A stretch of DNA of 59,956 nt, counting the filler, from Fonticula-like sp. SCN 57-25 (taxonomy: Eukaryota): the NCBI GenBank assembly GCA_001724245.1. It is 10 parts of 10 records of this genome, joined end to end, with 100 filler letters (N's around TTAATTAATTAA, not from the genome) between each part and the next. Parts side by side here need not be neighbours in the genome. Positions count along the whole stretch, not along the records: positions 17,829 to 23,658 come from MEDX01000513.1; positions 23,759 to 29,584 come from MEDX01000514.1; positions 29,685 to 35,512 come from MEDX01000515.1; 7 more parts are not named here. One strand, 5' to 3'. Both the position numbers and the translations under genes were made by a program. Below the pieces are notes generated by a model, which searched no databases, had not been told where the DNA came from, and saw only the letters and a list, made by a program, of their open reading frames with translations. Below, one piece after another: positions 22,605-34,622 of the stretch (the stretch's first letter is position 1; the number at the start of each line of letters is the position of its first letter).

Positions 22605-23658
22605 TCAGAATCGGCGGTAATTGAACGTGTCCTGAATGCGACTTACCGTCGTCCAAATACACTCCTAGAATAGTTTGTTAGCAAGTGAGAAAAAAAGAAG
22701 GAAAAATATTGACTTGAACATGAAAATACCAACAAAAAGTAACATAAACCATTCAAAACCTACCCAAAAATCACCCAAAAATTGCTTAAAATTACTCAAA
22801 AATTACCCAAAAACACACCAAATTCAACCCAAAATTACCCAAAATTACCCTTTTTCCCCAAAATTCCTCCTTTTCCCACTCGTACCTCCATGTTCCTCAT
22901 GTACTCTGCCCTCAAAAACACAAAGTACAACACCATCGACCCCACATACACCCACTGCATCAAATCGACCACCGACCCAATCACAAGCACGCAATCACCT
23001 CCAATATAATATGCCCAAATACTCGGCGGCAGAATCATGACAGTGTTGAGCAGCGTGCCAAAGAAAAGTAGGCGCTTGCTGGCGGCAGTGGGGCCGTCAG
23101 AGACAGAGTGGCGGGAAATGATGACGAGGGTGAGGGTGAGGGGGGGGAGGCGGAGGAGGACGCAGCCAGAGATGAATAGCCAATAGGTGACTTCGGAGGT
23201 GGAGGTGCTCCTATGTGGGGTGAGTAAGAAGGAAAAGTATAGGAAAGAAGCGTAGAAAGACATGTATAGAGTACATGTATCAAGTAACATGTATCATGAA
23301 AATAAGAAGTAATAGTCAAGTACAAGTATCAAGTAACATGTATACAGTAACAAGTAACATGTATCAAGTAACTTGTATCAAGTAACATGTATCAAGCAAC
23401 ATCATAAAGTATCAAGTAACATGTATCAAATATCAAGTAACCACCCAAGTAACCACATAAGTAACCACTAACCAAGCAGCCCCATTACCATTCCCTGCCA
23501 CGTGGACGTACACTTGGAAGAGCAGCGTCATCATGTACAGGAAAAAGACGACGAAAAACAGCGTGTCAAGCGAGAAAAAGATCATTTTAAGCGTCTCTGA
23601 AATTGGCGTGCGGCCAGGCGCGCTCTCGGCGGTGCTCGAGTACGTGCCGGCATGGCGA
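22605..23658 (-). CDS. Multi-pass membrane protein of unknown function, 5'-partial
   Basis: Hydrophobic helices. The spliced C-terminus reads FLRAEYMRNME|ECIWTTVSRIQDTFNYRRF with TGA at 22605-22607. Confidence 0.7.
23280..23440. repeat. Intronic 14-bp minisatellite (AAGTAACATGTATC)n
   Basis: Several near-identical units seen directly. Confidence 0.8.
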
Positions 23659-23758
23659 NNNNNNNNNNNNNNNNNNNNNNNNNNNNNNNNNNNNNNNNNN
23701 NNTTAATTAATTAANNNNNNNNNNNNNNNNNNNNNNNNNNNNNNNNNNNNNNNNNNNN

Positions 23759-24890
23759 ATGGAAAGAACGCGTGAATTGGTACAAACAAGACTTTTCCTC
23801 TCGTGAACCAGTGGTTGAAAAGAAGAAGAAGAAAATGACAGCCCGTGGCAACGAAATGGATTCTCGTCGCTGTTGCAATGAGGAAGAGCGTTGTTGCGAA
23901 AGGATCTCTGATAAATGTAACAAAGATTTGGCCGATGAAGCTCCTGCACCAAGCAATGCTCCACGAATTTCTGTGAAGAAATGGGATCCACAGACACCCT
24001 ACATTAAGGCCATGAAGAATGCCACTGAAACGAAGCAATATGCTACATACTTGAACCAACGAACTCAATACGCTTCCAGCCCAGCCTTCTTCTTTGATTG
24101 TGCAGACTTCTTCTTCAAAGCCAACAAGAAGGATTTGGCTCTCCGTGTACTTACTAATATTGCTGAGTTGCAAATGGAGAACAGTCAGCTTATGCGTATC
24201 ATGGCTTACAAGTTACACGTGGAGAAAGAGTTAGATCTTGCGATGCATGCCTTTGAGCGTGTGCTTAAACAGCGTCCAGAAGAGCCCCAGAGTTATAGGG
24301 ATTTGGCACTCGTACTGGATGAGAAGAAGCACTTCAAACGAGCAATGACACTTTTGTGGAAAGTGGTTACTGGTAAATGGGATAGTCGCTTTGATGAAAT
24401 TGAATTGACAGCATTGGTGGAGTTAAACCGCATTGTCCATTTGATAAAAACCAATAAGTTGAATGATTTGGAGAAGTTTATACCAACATCAGAAACACGC
24501 TTCCTTGAACCCATGGAATTTGACTTGCGAATATCCTTGGCATGGGACACTGATATGATTGACATTGACTTGCATGTCTTGGACCCATGGGGAGAAGATG
24601 GATACTATGGGAACAAGAACACCTACATGGGTGGTCGCTTGTCACGAGATTTCACTCAAGGTTATGGACCCGAGGAGTTCATGATTCGCAAGGCTCGCAA
24701 AGGTGTCTACAAGATCAAAACGCACTACTTTGCCAGTCATCAACAGTCACTAAGTGGTGGAACAACACTATTATGCAGTGTGTTTACTAATTATGCAAGA
24801 CCCAATGAGCAGAAGCAGTACATTGCTATTCGCTTGAGTCAAAGCAAGGATAGTATTACAGTGGGTGAAATTGAGTGGAAATCAGACTAA
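23759..24890 (+). CDS. TPR plus DUF2135 (YfaP-like) domain protein, 5'-partial, no intron in the visible part
   Basis: RPEEPQSYRDLAL; DLRISLAWDTDMIDIDLHVLDP...GGRLSRDFTQGYGPEEF. Confidence 0.8.
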
Positions 24891-25121
24891 TGAACCAATT
24901 GTTTGCCAGGAATAAAGACATACACATTACTGGATATTTTTGTTTCCATTCAAATCTCGAATACTGTTACCACCCAAACATACACTATTCTCAAAACGAT
25001 GAAACATACTCGCACCACTCAAACCGCAACATCCAATATCCCACCCTCCGAGCAACCCACAAACCCACAAAAATAGTGAGTCAACTGTAACCAATTTTTT
25101 TTTCGCACACAAGAATCGAAG

Positions 25122-27226
25122 ATGAGCTTCTTGAGGGACCTTGTTACAGGCGACAATTGCGAGGCCGATGTAGGTGCAAGCAGCTCCTCCAGCGCCAACC
25201 CACTGAGAAACATGGCGAGCACATTTCTGGGCGACAGCCACAATGCGCTCCAAGCGAACGAAATGGAGAATCTCCTCGACGACAACATTGGCCTGCAGCA
25301 GCGCGCAAAGGGCGTCGCGCCGTTCGCACAGAGACCACCGGCTGCGCAGCTCACCGCACAGCAGCAGCTCAAAGTCAGAAGTCGCTCGGAGATGCTGGCG
25401 CGCCACTTGGTTGCAGGTAAAAAAAATTGTGTGCGCAATTGTTGCACTCATTCTATCCTCTTACTCTCACACACATCAACTTTCACTTTCACACACTAAC
25501 ATTCATTGTCACACACATCAACATTCATTTTCACACTAACATTCACTTTCACACTAACGCTCATTGTCACACACTAACATTCATTTTCACACAGACAAGG
25601 GCGAGAAAGCGGTTGAACAGCAAGCTGAGATGTTCCTCAATGCGTTCCATATGCCCCTGGAGGGAGGTGTGTTGGAGGGCATGAACCGAATGAACTTTTC
25701 GCACCAGGGTAGAAATATGAGGGCGCAGAAGTTTACCCTCTCGGATGACATTGACCTGGCAGAAGGTGGAAATGAGGAGAATCTTGCGCAAGACATGGAC
25801 AATATGCTCGATGATTTCCAAAATGTGGACACTCAGGCTGCATATGCAAAATACTTGGATTACATGAAGCAGACGGTACGTGAGTGAGTTTCTTATTGTT
25901 TTCTTTCTTTTTTTTACGCAAACTGTATTTGACCAACACTATGTTCTTGTGTCACAATGTACTTTTTTCTTCATGTACTATTGTATTCTTTTGTGTGTAT
26001 TATTGCACTCTTTTGTGTGTATTATTGCATTCTTTTGTGTGCTATTGCATTCTTTCTTGTGTTATTGTACTCTTTTATGTATTATTGCACTCTTTTATGT
26101 ATTATTGCACTCTTTTGTGTTTCCTTGTGCTTTTCATTTATTCGTGAATCTTTTAGCTCAGCTTGGATCACATTCAGAAGACTACAGAAGAGTATAAGTT
26201 CTCTGTGACAAACAATCCATTTGTTGAAGATCCAAAGGCATTCGAAACTGGTGTGCAACTGTGGAAGCAAGGTGACCTGATTAAGGCAGTATCTGCATTC
26301 GAAGCAGTGGTGTTCCACAATAAGCAGAATGCTGATGCCTGGCGCATGCTTGGCGTGTGTCATGCCGAGTGTGATGATGATACACGAGCAATCAACGCTC
26401 TGGCTCACGCAGTTGATGTGGACCCGAACCATTTGAATGCACTATTGGATCTCGGCGTGTGTTACACTAATGAGCTGAATAAGATGCGTGCATTGGTGTA
26501 TCTGAAGACGTGGTTGCAGCACCACCCCTCCTATGCACACTTGGTGGAACAGTTTGATGCCGAGTTGAAGCAGAAGAAGAAGGATGAACAAAAGGAGGAG
26601 GACATGAACCAGCTCTACAATTACTTCCATATGCACCAGGAGGTCACATCTCTGTTTGTGAAGGCATCACAGCAATCACAGGATGCAGATTTGTTTTCCG
26701 TGCTTGGTGTTCTGTTCAACATTTCTCATGACTACGAGAATGCAACACAGTCATTTCAAACTGCAGTTAAGTTGAGACCTACAGACTATTCACTGTGGAA
26801 CAAACTTGGTGCAACACAAGCCAATAGTGCACGAAGTGATGAAGCAGGTATGGATGAACGAGAAAATATTGTATTGGAATAACTCTTGTTCCATGTTTCC
26901 ATCTCATTATGTAACCCAAACCCATTTGTGTGTTCAATGCATCTCATATCACCATTACAACAATTTCAGTGCACTGCTATCATCAAGCACTCAAATTGAA
27001 GCCCAATTATGTGCGAGCGTGGATCAATTTGGGTATCGCCTATGCTAACCAGAAGCAATATCCTGAGGCTGTCAAGTTTTACCTTCGCTCATTGAACATG
27101 TGTCCCAAGGCTGATAACGTGTGGCAATACTTGAGCATGGCATTCACCTGCATGGATCGACAGGATCTGGTGGAGATGTGCAAGTACAAGGATGTCATGA
27201 AATTCAAACCGTTCTTCCAGTTCTAA
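25122..27226 (+). CDS. PEX5: Peroxisomal PTS1 receptor; exons 25122-25416, 25595-25875, 26157-26847, 26970-27226
   Basis: N-terminal RDLV...C...NPL motif; YKFSVTNNPF; TPRs AWRMLG, YSLWNKLGATQANS, LKPNYVRAWINLGIAYAN. Confidence 0.92.
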
Positions 27227-27455
27227 TGACAGTCAGTAAAGCGCAACACTGTGATTCTGTAAAAGCCCAGCACCACTTTTATTGTTCTTGTTTTGTTGGA
27301 AAACGACAGAGAATGTGTGAATGGGAATGTTGTTGAAACAAAAAAAGAAATGTAAAACACAAACACTTGGTCAAGAAAACACGGGAAAGCAAACCCTTCT
27401 ACAGCAGGTCAACTGACCCCAAAAAAGAAAACAAAAAAAACAAACAAACGAGGAG

Positions 27456-28663
27456 ATGGTGTCAGGAAACGCAGCCCTGTTCGAAGCAGAAGTTACCGCA
27501 CAGTCCGTGAAATGTATGCTGCCGAAGCACAACACCGTTGCAGCAGCTTCGCAAACGACATCCCCTAAACAGCTCCTCACTGCGCAAGGCGTGCGCTTGG
27601 ATGGACGATCATTTGATCAGTTCCGAAATACCTGTACGGAGAGAGATGCACAAACTGTTTTCATACCCAATCGCAATCACCTTGTCACACTTGCAAATCC
27701 ACACATATTCATATTTTCACACATTCACATTTTCGCACATTCACATTTTCACACATTCACATCACACGCACATTCACATTTTCACATCACACGCACACTA
27801 GACATGAAAACCGGTGTCATCAACGGTGCACGCGGGAGCGCCTACGTGGAACTCAATGGGACAAAGGTGATGTGCGCCGTGTACGGACCGAAGCAGCTCA
27901 CACAGGAGTTCAGTGAAGTCGGGCGACTCCAGGTGGACGTGCAGCTAGCAGCGTTTGCGCGCGACCAGCAGTTGCAGCACGGCTACAGTGCTGGTGATCG
28001 CAGTGGCGCAGCAGCGGTAGCAACGCAGATGCAGCAGGAGCAAGTGCGCGAGGCGCTGCAGACGGTCGTCTGTCTCGACAAGATCCCAAAGAGTGTGATT
28101 GAGGTGAATCTGTTCGTCTTGGAGGATGATGGTGGTGCAACAGGTGCTGCAATCTCCTGTTCCAGTCTCGCATTAGCGGATGCGGGAGTAGAGATGGTCG
28201 ATCTCGTTGCAGCATGTTCAGCAGTACGTGTGAATGTGAATGTGGGTGAGCGTGTGTGTGAGAGTGGTGAATGAACATGTGTGAGAGTGAGTGAACATGT
28301 GTGTGAGAGAGTGTGAACATGTGCACTTGGCATTTGTGTTTGCGTTTTATTTGCAAAGCTTAACATATTGTCTCATGTCTCCTGTTCCACTCACCCATGT
28401 TGCATATTTGATAGAGTGAGTTGGAGAATGGGAACATTGTCGTGGACCCGACTGCCCTCGAGGAAAGATATGCCACGGGTGGTGTGCTCTGTGCATACAT
28501 GGCCTCTCTTAATGAGGTGACCCAAGTGATGCAGTACGGGGATATGCAGTTTGCAAAGGTCACTGAGGCAATTGAGCTCTGTTGTGATGGCTGTGCAAAG
28601 CTCCAGGAGCTCATGAAGCAAACACTCATTCAAGAGAAGCAACAATCTGAACACAATAGTTGA
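27456..28663 (+). CDS. Exosome RNase PH-fold subunit (MTR3/EXOSC6- or RRP41-like), 3 exons
   Basis: RLDGR, GSAYVELNGTKVMCAVYGP, PKSVIEVNLFVLEDDGG, SLALADAGVEMVDLV. Confidence 0.88.
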
Positions 28664-28929
28664 ACAAGTGATGTTTTTTTATTTTCACCAACTAACCCAG
28701 CCAGCCACCGGAAGAACAAGCCCAGCATATTGTTCCACAAATGGAACGAAATTTTTTTTACCTGAACAAGTCTTCTCCTTCACAAGGTAACTCGCTGCAA
28801 GAAGAATATGTTTTCTACTGCAAAGATAAAAGAGAATCTTTAATGTTGCACTCACACCATTTGTTCCAGTTTCACTCACATCATTTGTTCCAGTCACACT
28901 GGCACATGTTGCACTTGTACCTGTTGCAC

Positions 28930-29584
28930 CTATTCCTGTTGCACATGTTGCACTTCTTGTTGCACCTGTTGTTGTTGTTGCACTTCTTGTTGTACCTGTT
29001 GTTGTTCCTCTGGAATGAGCTTCCTTTGACCTGGGAGAGTCTTGAAGAAGTGTGCTTGCCTCTTTCCGTATCGCTTCTGCACTGGGACGATATCGCGATA
29101 GGACCAGTCCTGTTTCGCAAAGAGACGAAGCAGTTCCACACGCTTCTCCGTGTCAGCACCTACGACATCCACTGGTTGCACCTGTTTCATCGTGGGACAC
29201 GTGACACCGTGCAGAATGATGATCCCGCGGTATCCGAACCATCCACCGTACTTCTTGTGAATCGCGACGCCGGCGATCACATCCTTCGGGTCTCCGGTGC
29301 GCGGCTGGTAGAAGAAGGCGTGCCCGGAGACGTGACCCGCGGTCTGCATGAGCACCCTCGGCATGCGATTCGGACGCAATTCGAAATCGTGCACAATCTC
29401 CACGCACTCGCCGCATTCGGTGCCCAGCAGCTTACTGTTCACCGCTTGCTGCACGTAGTAGCGCGTCGTGGTGTGAATGGGATCACGCGCAAATCGCTCC
29501 CCCCACGAATTACCGAGTGGCATGTCGCGCTCCATGCGCAGCATAGTGTCGTACATGTCTGCGTTACTCACGAGACACAAGCAC
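28930..29584 (-). CDS. MMACHC: Cobalamin-processing protein CblC, 5'-partial, with a Gln/Val-rich tail
   Basis: DFELRPNRMPRVLMQTAGHVSG, GVAIHKKYGGWFGYRG, DWSYRD. Confidence 0.88.
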
Positions 29585-29684
29585 NNNNNNNNNNNNNNNN
29601 NNNNNNNNNNNNNNNNNNNNNNNNNNNNTTAATTAATTAANNNNNNNNNNNNNNNNNNNNNNNNNNNNNNNNNNNNNNNNNNNN

Positions 29685-30503
29685 CCCGCGCCTTCTCTCG
29701 ACGACCTGCAGCCCGGCATCCCCTGCAAAGTCTTCTGGGAAGGCGAGTGGATGAGCGCCATTGTCGACCACGCCGAGGCGTCCACCGTCGCCGTCTACAT
29801 TGACGCCATCGACCTCAACTGTGATGTGCTGCCGAGCGTCGTGCGCGTGCTGCACGGCGACGAGCAGGCACACGATGAGGGTGAGAGTGCGCGCGCGGCG
29901 AGCGAGGCGCGCTACCCTGTCGGGTGGTTTATCCCGCGCGAGACGTACGCGGCGCCGGCTGCGCGCGGGAATGAGCAGCAGCGCGGGAGAGGTGACGTGC
30001 CGCCGCCGCGCGCAAAGAAGAGCGTGCGGCCGGTGCAGGTCGGGCGCGGCGCGCAGCCGCCGCGGCGAGGGCCGACGGCGCCGTTCACGGCGGGCGATGT
30101 TTCGCCGCCGGCGCAGTCGCGCGCGCCGCCAAAGCTCACGGCGGAAGAGCAGGCGGCGCAGGCGAGGCGGCTTCGCGAGCAGCAGGAGGCGTGGCTCGGC
30201 GCCATGCCGCCGCGCACAGTCACGACAAGGCCACCGCCGGCTCCTCAAGTGCACGCGGCTCCGCAGCAGGCAAGGCAGGTCGCGCAAGCTGCGCCGCCGT
30301 CGCCACCAAAGGGAAAGCCGAGAAAGCCGACGCAGGCGGAGCAGGAAGAGATGGACCGCAAGATGCGCGAAAAGCAGGCCGCGTGGCTTGGTGGTGGGAG
30401 TGGTGGTGCGGTGCAAAAGGTGGAGACGGTCGAGTTGACAGAGGCGCAAAAGGCGGAAAAGAGGAAGTTGGCGCTGCTGAGCAAGATTGCGTCGCTGACG
30501 TAA
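29685..30503 (+). CDS. 5'-partial protein with a Tudor/SH3-like segment and a low-complexity tail
   Basis: Open from the contig edge: LQPGIPCKVFWEGEWMSAIV, then Pro/Ala/Gln-rich sequence. Confidence 0.55.
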   Translation, partial: PAPSLDDLQPGIPCKVFWEGEWMSAIVDHAEASTVAVYIDAIDLNCDVLPSVVRVLHGDEQAHDEGESARAASEARYPVGWFIPRETYAAPAARGNEQQRGRGDVPPPRAKKSVRPVQVGRGAQPPRRGPTAPFTAGDVSPPAQSRAPPKLTAEEQAAQARRLREQQEAWLGAMPPRTVTTRPPPAPQVHAAPQQARQVAQAAPPSPPKGKPRKPTQAEQEEMDRKMREKQAAWLGGGSGGAVQKVETVELTEAQKAEKRKLALLSKIASLT

Positions 30504-30675
30504 GTGAAATTGAAGTGTACTTTTAGTTTCAGTGTAACATATTTTATCAATACAAGACATTTGACTAGTTTGGACATGTCATGTATGCGTGTCTCAACAC
30601 AGTAACGAGGAAATATACATCTATATTTACAAAAATACAGTACAATGGAAACAGAGACAAATAAAAGGTTGTTTT

Positions 30676-31424
30676 CTACATGTCGTCCGCCATGTATTGC
30701 GGGCCGCCCATCATCATCATTTGCTGCTGAAGCTGTTGCTGCTGATCGCGCGGCATCAGTCGGATGTCCGTCATGTTCTCCTGCATCATGATGACCTCGT
30801 GCTTTGGACTATTCCATGTCATTAGTCAACTCGTAAAAAAAGCCTTAAGGAACGCACTGAGTGAGCTTGCAGTTTGGCCCTTCGGGGCAAAAGCCAAACA
30901 AGTAGTTCATGCATGCCGCCTTGCGCACATGGCGTGACCTGCATCGCGGACCTATTGAACCACATAAGAAACCATACGCCAAAGAAAAGCCGAAAACGTA
31001 CCCAATTTGCAGAAACCGCGCGCATACCAGACGCACTCCTTCACCGTGCGGCTCGGATCGAGATGCAAAAACTGGCACTCGTCGCCGCTGTTGCATGCGC
31101 CGTGCGTGCTAAAAAACGAGCACACGGGCATCTTGCGTAGGTTGTACTCGTGTAGGTACTGGCAGTTGTCGCCTTTCTTGCACAGGCCGCGCAGCCAGTG
31201 CTTGCAGACGGTCGACTTTTCGCCCGAGGCATGGCGATTGGGGCACTGCGAGTTGCGGCAGTTTGGCTTCTTGCAGGGAATCAACGACGCTAGAACACCA
31301 AAAGATTAGTTTTTCTTTTCATAAAACAAAAGACAGCAATTAAATACGCACGATCCTCCCACCATCTCTTCATATACTCTTCAAACTCAAACGTCGGCAG
31401 ACGCGGCGCCGCCACCGTCTCCAT
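30676..31424 (-). CDS. CPSF4: CPSF30/Yth1 CCCH zinc-finger protein, 4 exons
   Basis: [55 protein letters not shown]. Confidence 0.93.
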
Positions 31425-31685
31425 GGCGATCGCTCACCGGTGCTGACAGACAGCAAAAGTAGGTTTGCGTCGGTCTGCGTCGGTCTCAAAAGTAACAAAT
31501 CATGGCCACGTGGGCATACGGGTTTGAAAGGCAACCAGATAGATGGTGTATGGTGCATACTGTAACAGGCATATATTTGTGGTAAGTAGTTATATTATTG
31601 GAACTTGTAGAATATTACGACGGATAAACAGTGATAAAAACGTATTAAACATAGCGACAAAGGATATACAATAATGGTTTTTGAA

Positions 31686-34454
31686 TTACGCATCGGCCCT
31701 TCCCGTCGCCTCTGGCTCGCGCGCATCCGATCCGAGCTGCGAGAGCCCCTCCATGCTCTGCGCCGAGATCATCCTCGCCTTACCCTGACTATCATAGAGC
31801 TGCTCTGGCGGGATGAGCGCGCCCAACGCCTTGATGGCGTGCCGCGAAAGATGCTTGAGGCCGACCTGGTACGATGCGTTCATCCAGCCAAACCCTTCAC
31901 GTGACACGTACGAAAAGTCCGTCCCGACATTGCCGTACTCGGCAAACACGTGGTGCGAGCGGTTCACAACGTCAAACTTTTCCGGCACTGTTCCGTTATA
32001 GTCAACAAAGCTCTTGGTGACCATGTACAGCCAGCGGTACGCAAGCCGTTCCGCCACATCAGTCTAAACAATATCAAAAAATCAGCAAAAATCAGCAAAA
32101 TCAGCATGAAAATGTGATATTTAGCTGCGAAATGCGCACCCTGTTGTAGGCGCGCATGCCTTCCCACGCGAGAATCTGGTGCGGCGCCCACCCGTACGGG
32201 TAGTCCCACTGGCGGTTGGGCCGCTCGAGGTGGATCTCGCCGCGCGACTCTTGCGTGCCCGACACGAGGCCGCCGGGGCACTCGAAGAGGCGCAGAACGG
32301 TCGGACTGAAAGTAAAAAAATGTACAGTGTCAGGAGGCGGGACCAAAGTGAATATGGGCATACATGAGCTTGCGGGCTTGTGCTTGAGAGGCGTGGCCGG
32401 CCCAGAGTGCAAAGACGGAAGTGACGCTGCGGTACGACGACTGCCGCTGCTCAACAAAGTCATAGTCATAGTAGAGCCCTTCCTCTTCATTCCTACAATA
32501 ACACCCTATAAGTAACCATGAGAAACAAGAAAAAAAGAGGCGCGTACCAGCAGTACTTGTCGATGAGCGCCTTGCGACGCTCCGCCGCCGCCGTCCACGT
32601 GTGCGAGAGCTCCAGCGACCCGTCGGGTAGCTCAAACGCGTCATCAAACTCGTCCCTAAACCACATTCAGCCCCAATTTTACCCACCTTTCAAATAACAC
32701 GCACTTGATGAGCATGGCAATGTCGACCTCGTACTTGTACAGCAGCGAGTTGAGCTCAATAACGTTGAGGTTTGCGCAGCGGCCTTCGAGCCTGTACGTC
32801 GTGTCGTGCCCCGACTACTCTTCTTGTTAGCTCATGATACACAAGCAATTATAAGCGTACCTCGCGGACAGCGCGGTCGTGAACAAAGTAGGCGTCGAGC
32901 TCGGGCTCCTCGGCCTCGCCGGCCACGTAGGCGTTCTTGAACTGCTCGAGGTCCATCTTGCGCGCGCGCGCGTATGGCGTCATGATGGCGTTAAAGTGCG
33001 TCGACTCTGTCTCTGGCGGCATCCCTAGAAAGACAATGTCAATATAAAGCGACAATCAACAACATTTGAACAACATTTGAACAACATTTGAACAACATTT
33101 GAACACCATTACCATCAACAGCCAACAATATAGCCATAATTACCATCAACAATAACACAATTTCAATATAATTGCACGTACCGTATCCTTCGTCGTGGAA
33201 GCGGCTGAGGCCAGTCTCCGGGACAAAGCGCGGCGCCGACATCCACACATTCCTGTACTCCTTGATAGCTGCGCGGAGCACCTCGGCGAGCCACGTCTTG
33301 CGTGCCGGCCCCGCGGGCAGCGCGCGGTACACGCGGATGGCCATGTCGGTGAGGAACGGCGGCTGCGAGCGCGTCAGGTAGTAGCTGCGGTTCGCGTTGA
33401 GGATCTTGCCATAGTGCTGGATCTCATAGACAAAGTTGTCCACCATGCCCTGCGAGAGCAGAATGCGGCCGTCGACGAGTAGGCCGAGCACCTCAAAGTA
33501 CGAGTCCCAGCCGTACATCTCGTTGAAGCGGCCGCCGGGGACGACGAAGGGGACGCCGTGAAGCTGGCCGTCCGCGCCCATACGAAGCTTGAGCGTCAGC
33601 ATGCCGGGGAAGTTGTCTAGGCTACGCGCGTATTCGGGCGTGATCACGGGGGGGAGGCGGATCACCTGAAGAGGCTCGCGGCGCTCATTCGCAACCTTGG
33701 AGTAGTAGTCGAATGCCTCGTCGTCGCCAGCGGGGATGTAGACACGGGGGGTCTTGTCGGCGCGGTGGTTCTTGGTGTCAAACGAGGCGCGCGCAAGGCC
33801 TAGACATGCGCGTCAAACACGTGTCAATGACGCAAAAAGAGATCCGCGTTCGTACCGTCAGCGTCGATCGAGCGTGTGAGGCTGTCCCAGAAAAAGTCGC
33901 GGATGAGGCGCGAAAGGCGGTCAACGGGGTTCTCATTGAGCGTGTTCTCGTCAATGATAATGTGCTTGAGGCCCATCTCGCGGGCGAGCGCGAGCTCCTG
34001 CAGCAGGATCGACAGGCCGTAGGTGCCGCGGACGTCAAACTTGCGAGCGCCGCCGGACCGCAGCGTACCAAGGCTGATGACCTGAGCGCGCGCGCGTCAG
34101 CATCAACAAGTAGGCACGGCAAGGCGCACCTTTGGCCCTTGGTCCATCACGGTGATTTTGCAGTCGCCATCCGTGTCCTCCTGCTGCAACACCTGCAGCC
34201 ACGTCGTGTCCACGTCGACGAGGAACTCGCGTGCCTGGTTGGTATCTGGTTGACATGCCGCGTCAGCAACGAGCGGCAGATAGGCGAGAACGCACCGATA
34301 GAGAAGCGGCGACGCGCATACATGTCCTGCAGCACCGAGGGCGGCAAGCTCGGGACCTATCGCCACCGGGGGGATCAGCACAAAGGAATGTTGTCGCCGA
34401 GGAAGGGCGCACCTCGAGCGACGACCGCCGGCTGCCACTTCCACGGGATTGCAT
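31686..34454 (-). CDS. NTH1: Neutral trehalase (GH37, fungal Nth1 type), multi-exon
   Basis: [17 protein letters not shown]a-binding motif; [57 protein letters not shown]. Confidence 0.93.
33061..33104. repeat. Perfect 11-bp tandem repeat, four copies (AACATTTGAAC), in a trehalase intron
   Basis: Seen directly. Confidence 0.9.
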
Positions 34455-34622
34455 TGCTAGAAATAACCGCGGCGACTGAACCACGAAACGCCGAAGCATA
34501 CACTATCTAGTTGCAGCACATAAAAACCGGCCCAGGGCTGGCGTTGGCACGGTCAAGATGCGAGTGCCTCGGCGCCTCAACAGCTGAAGTGAGTTGACGT
34601 CACCCTTTGTTAACAGGAGATT

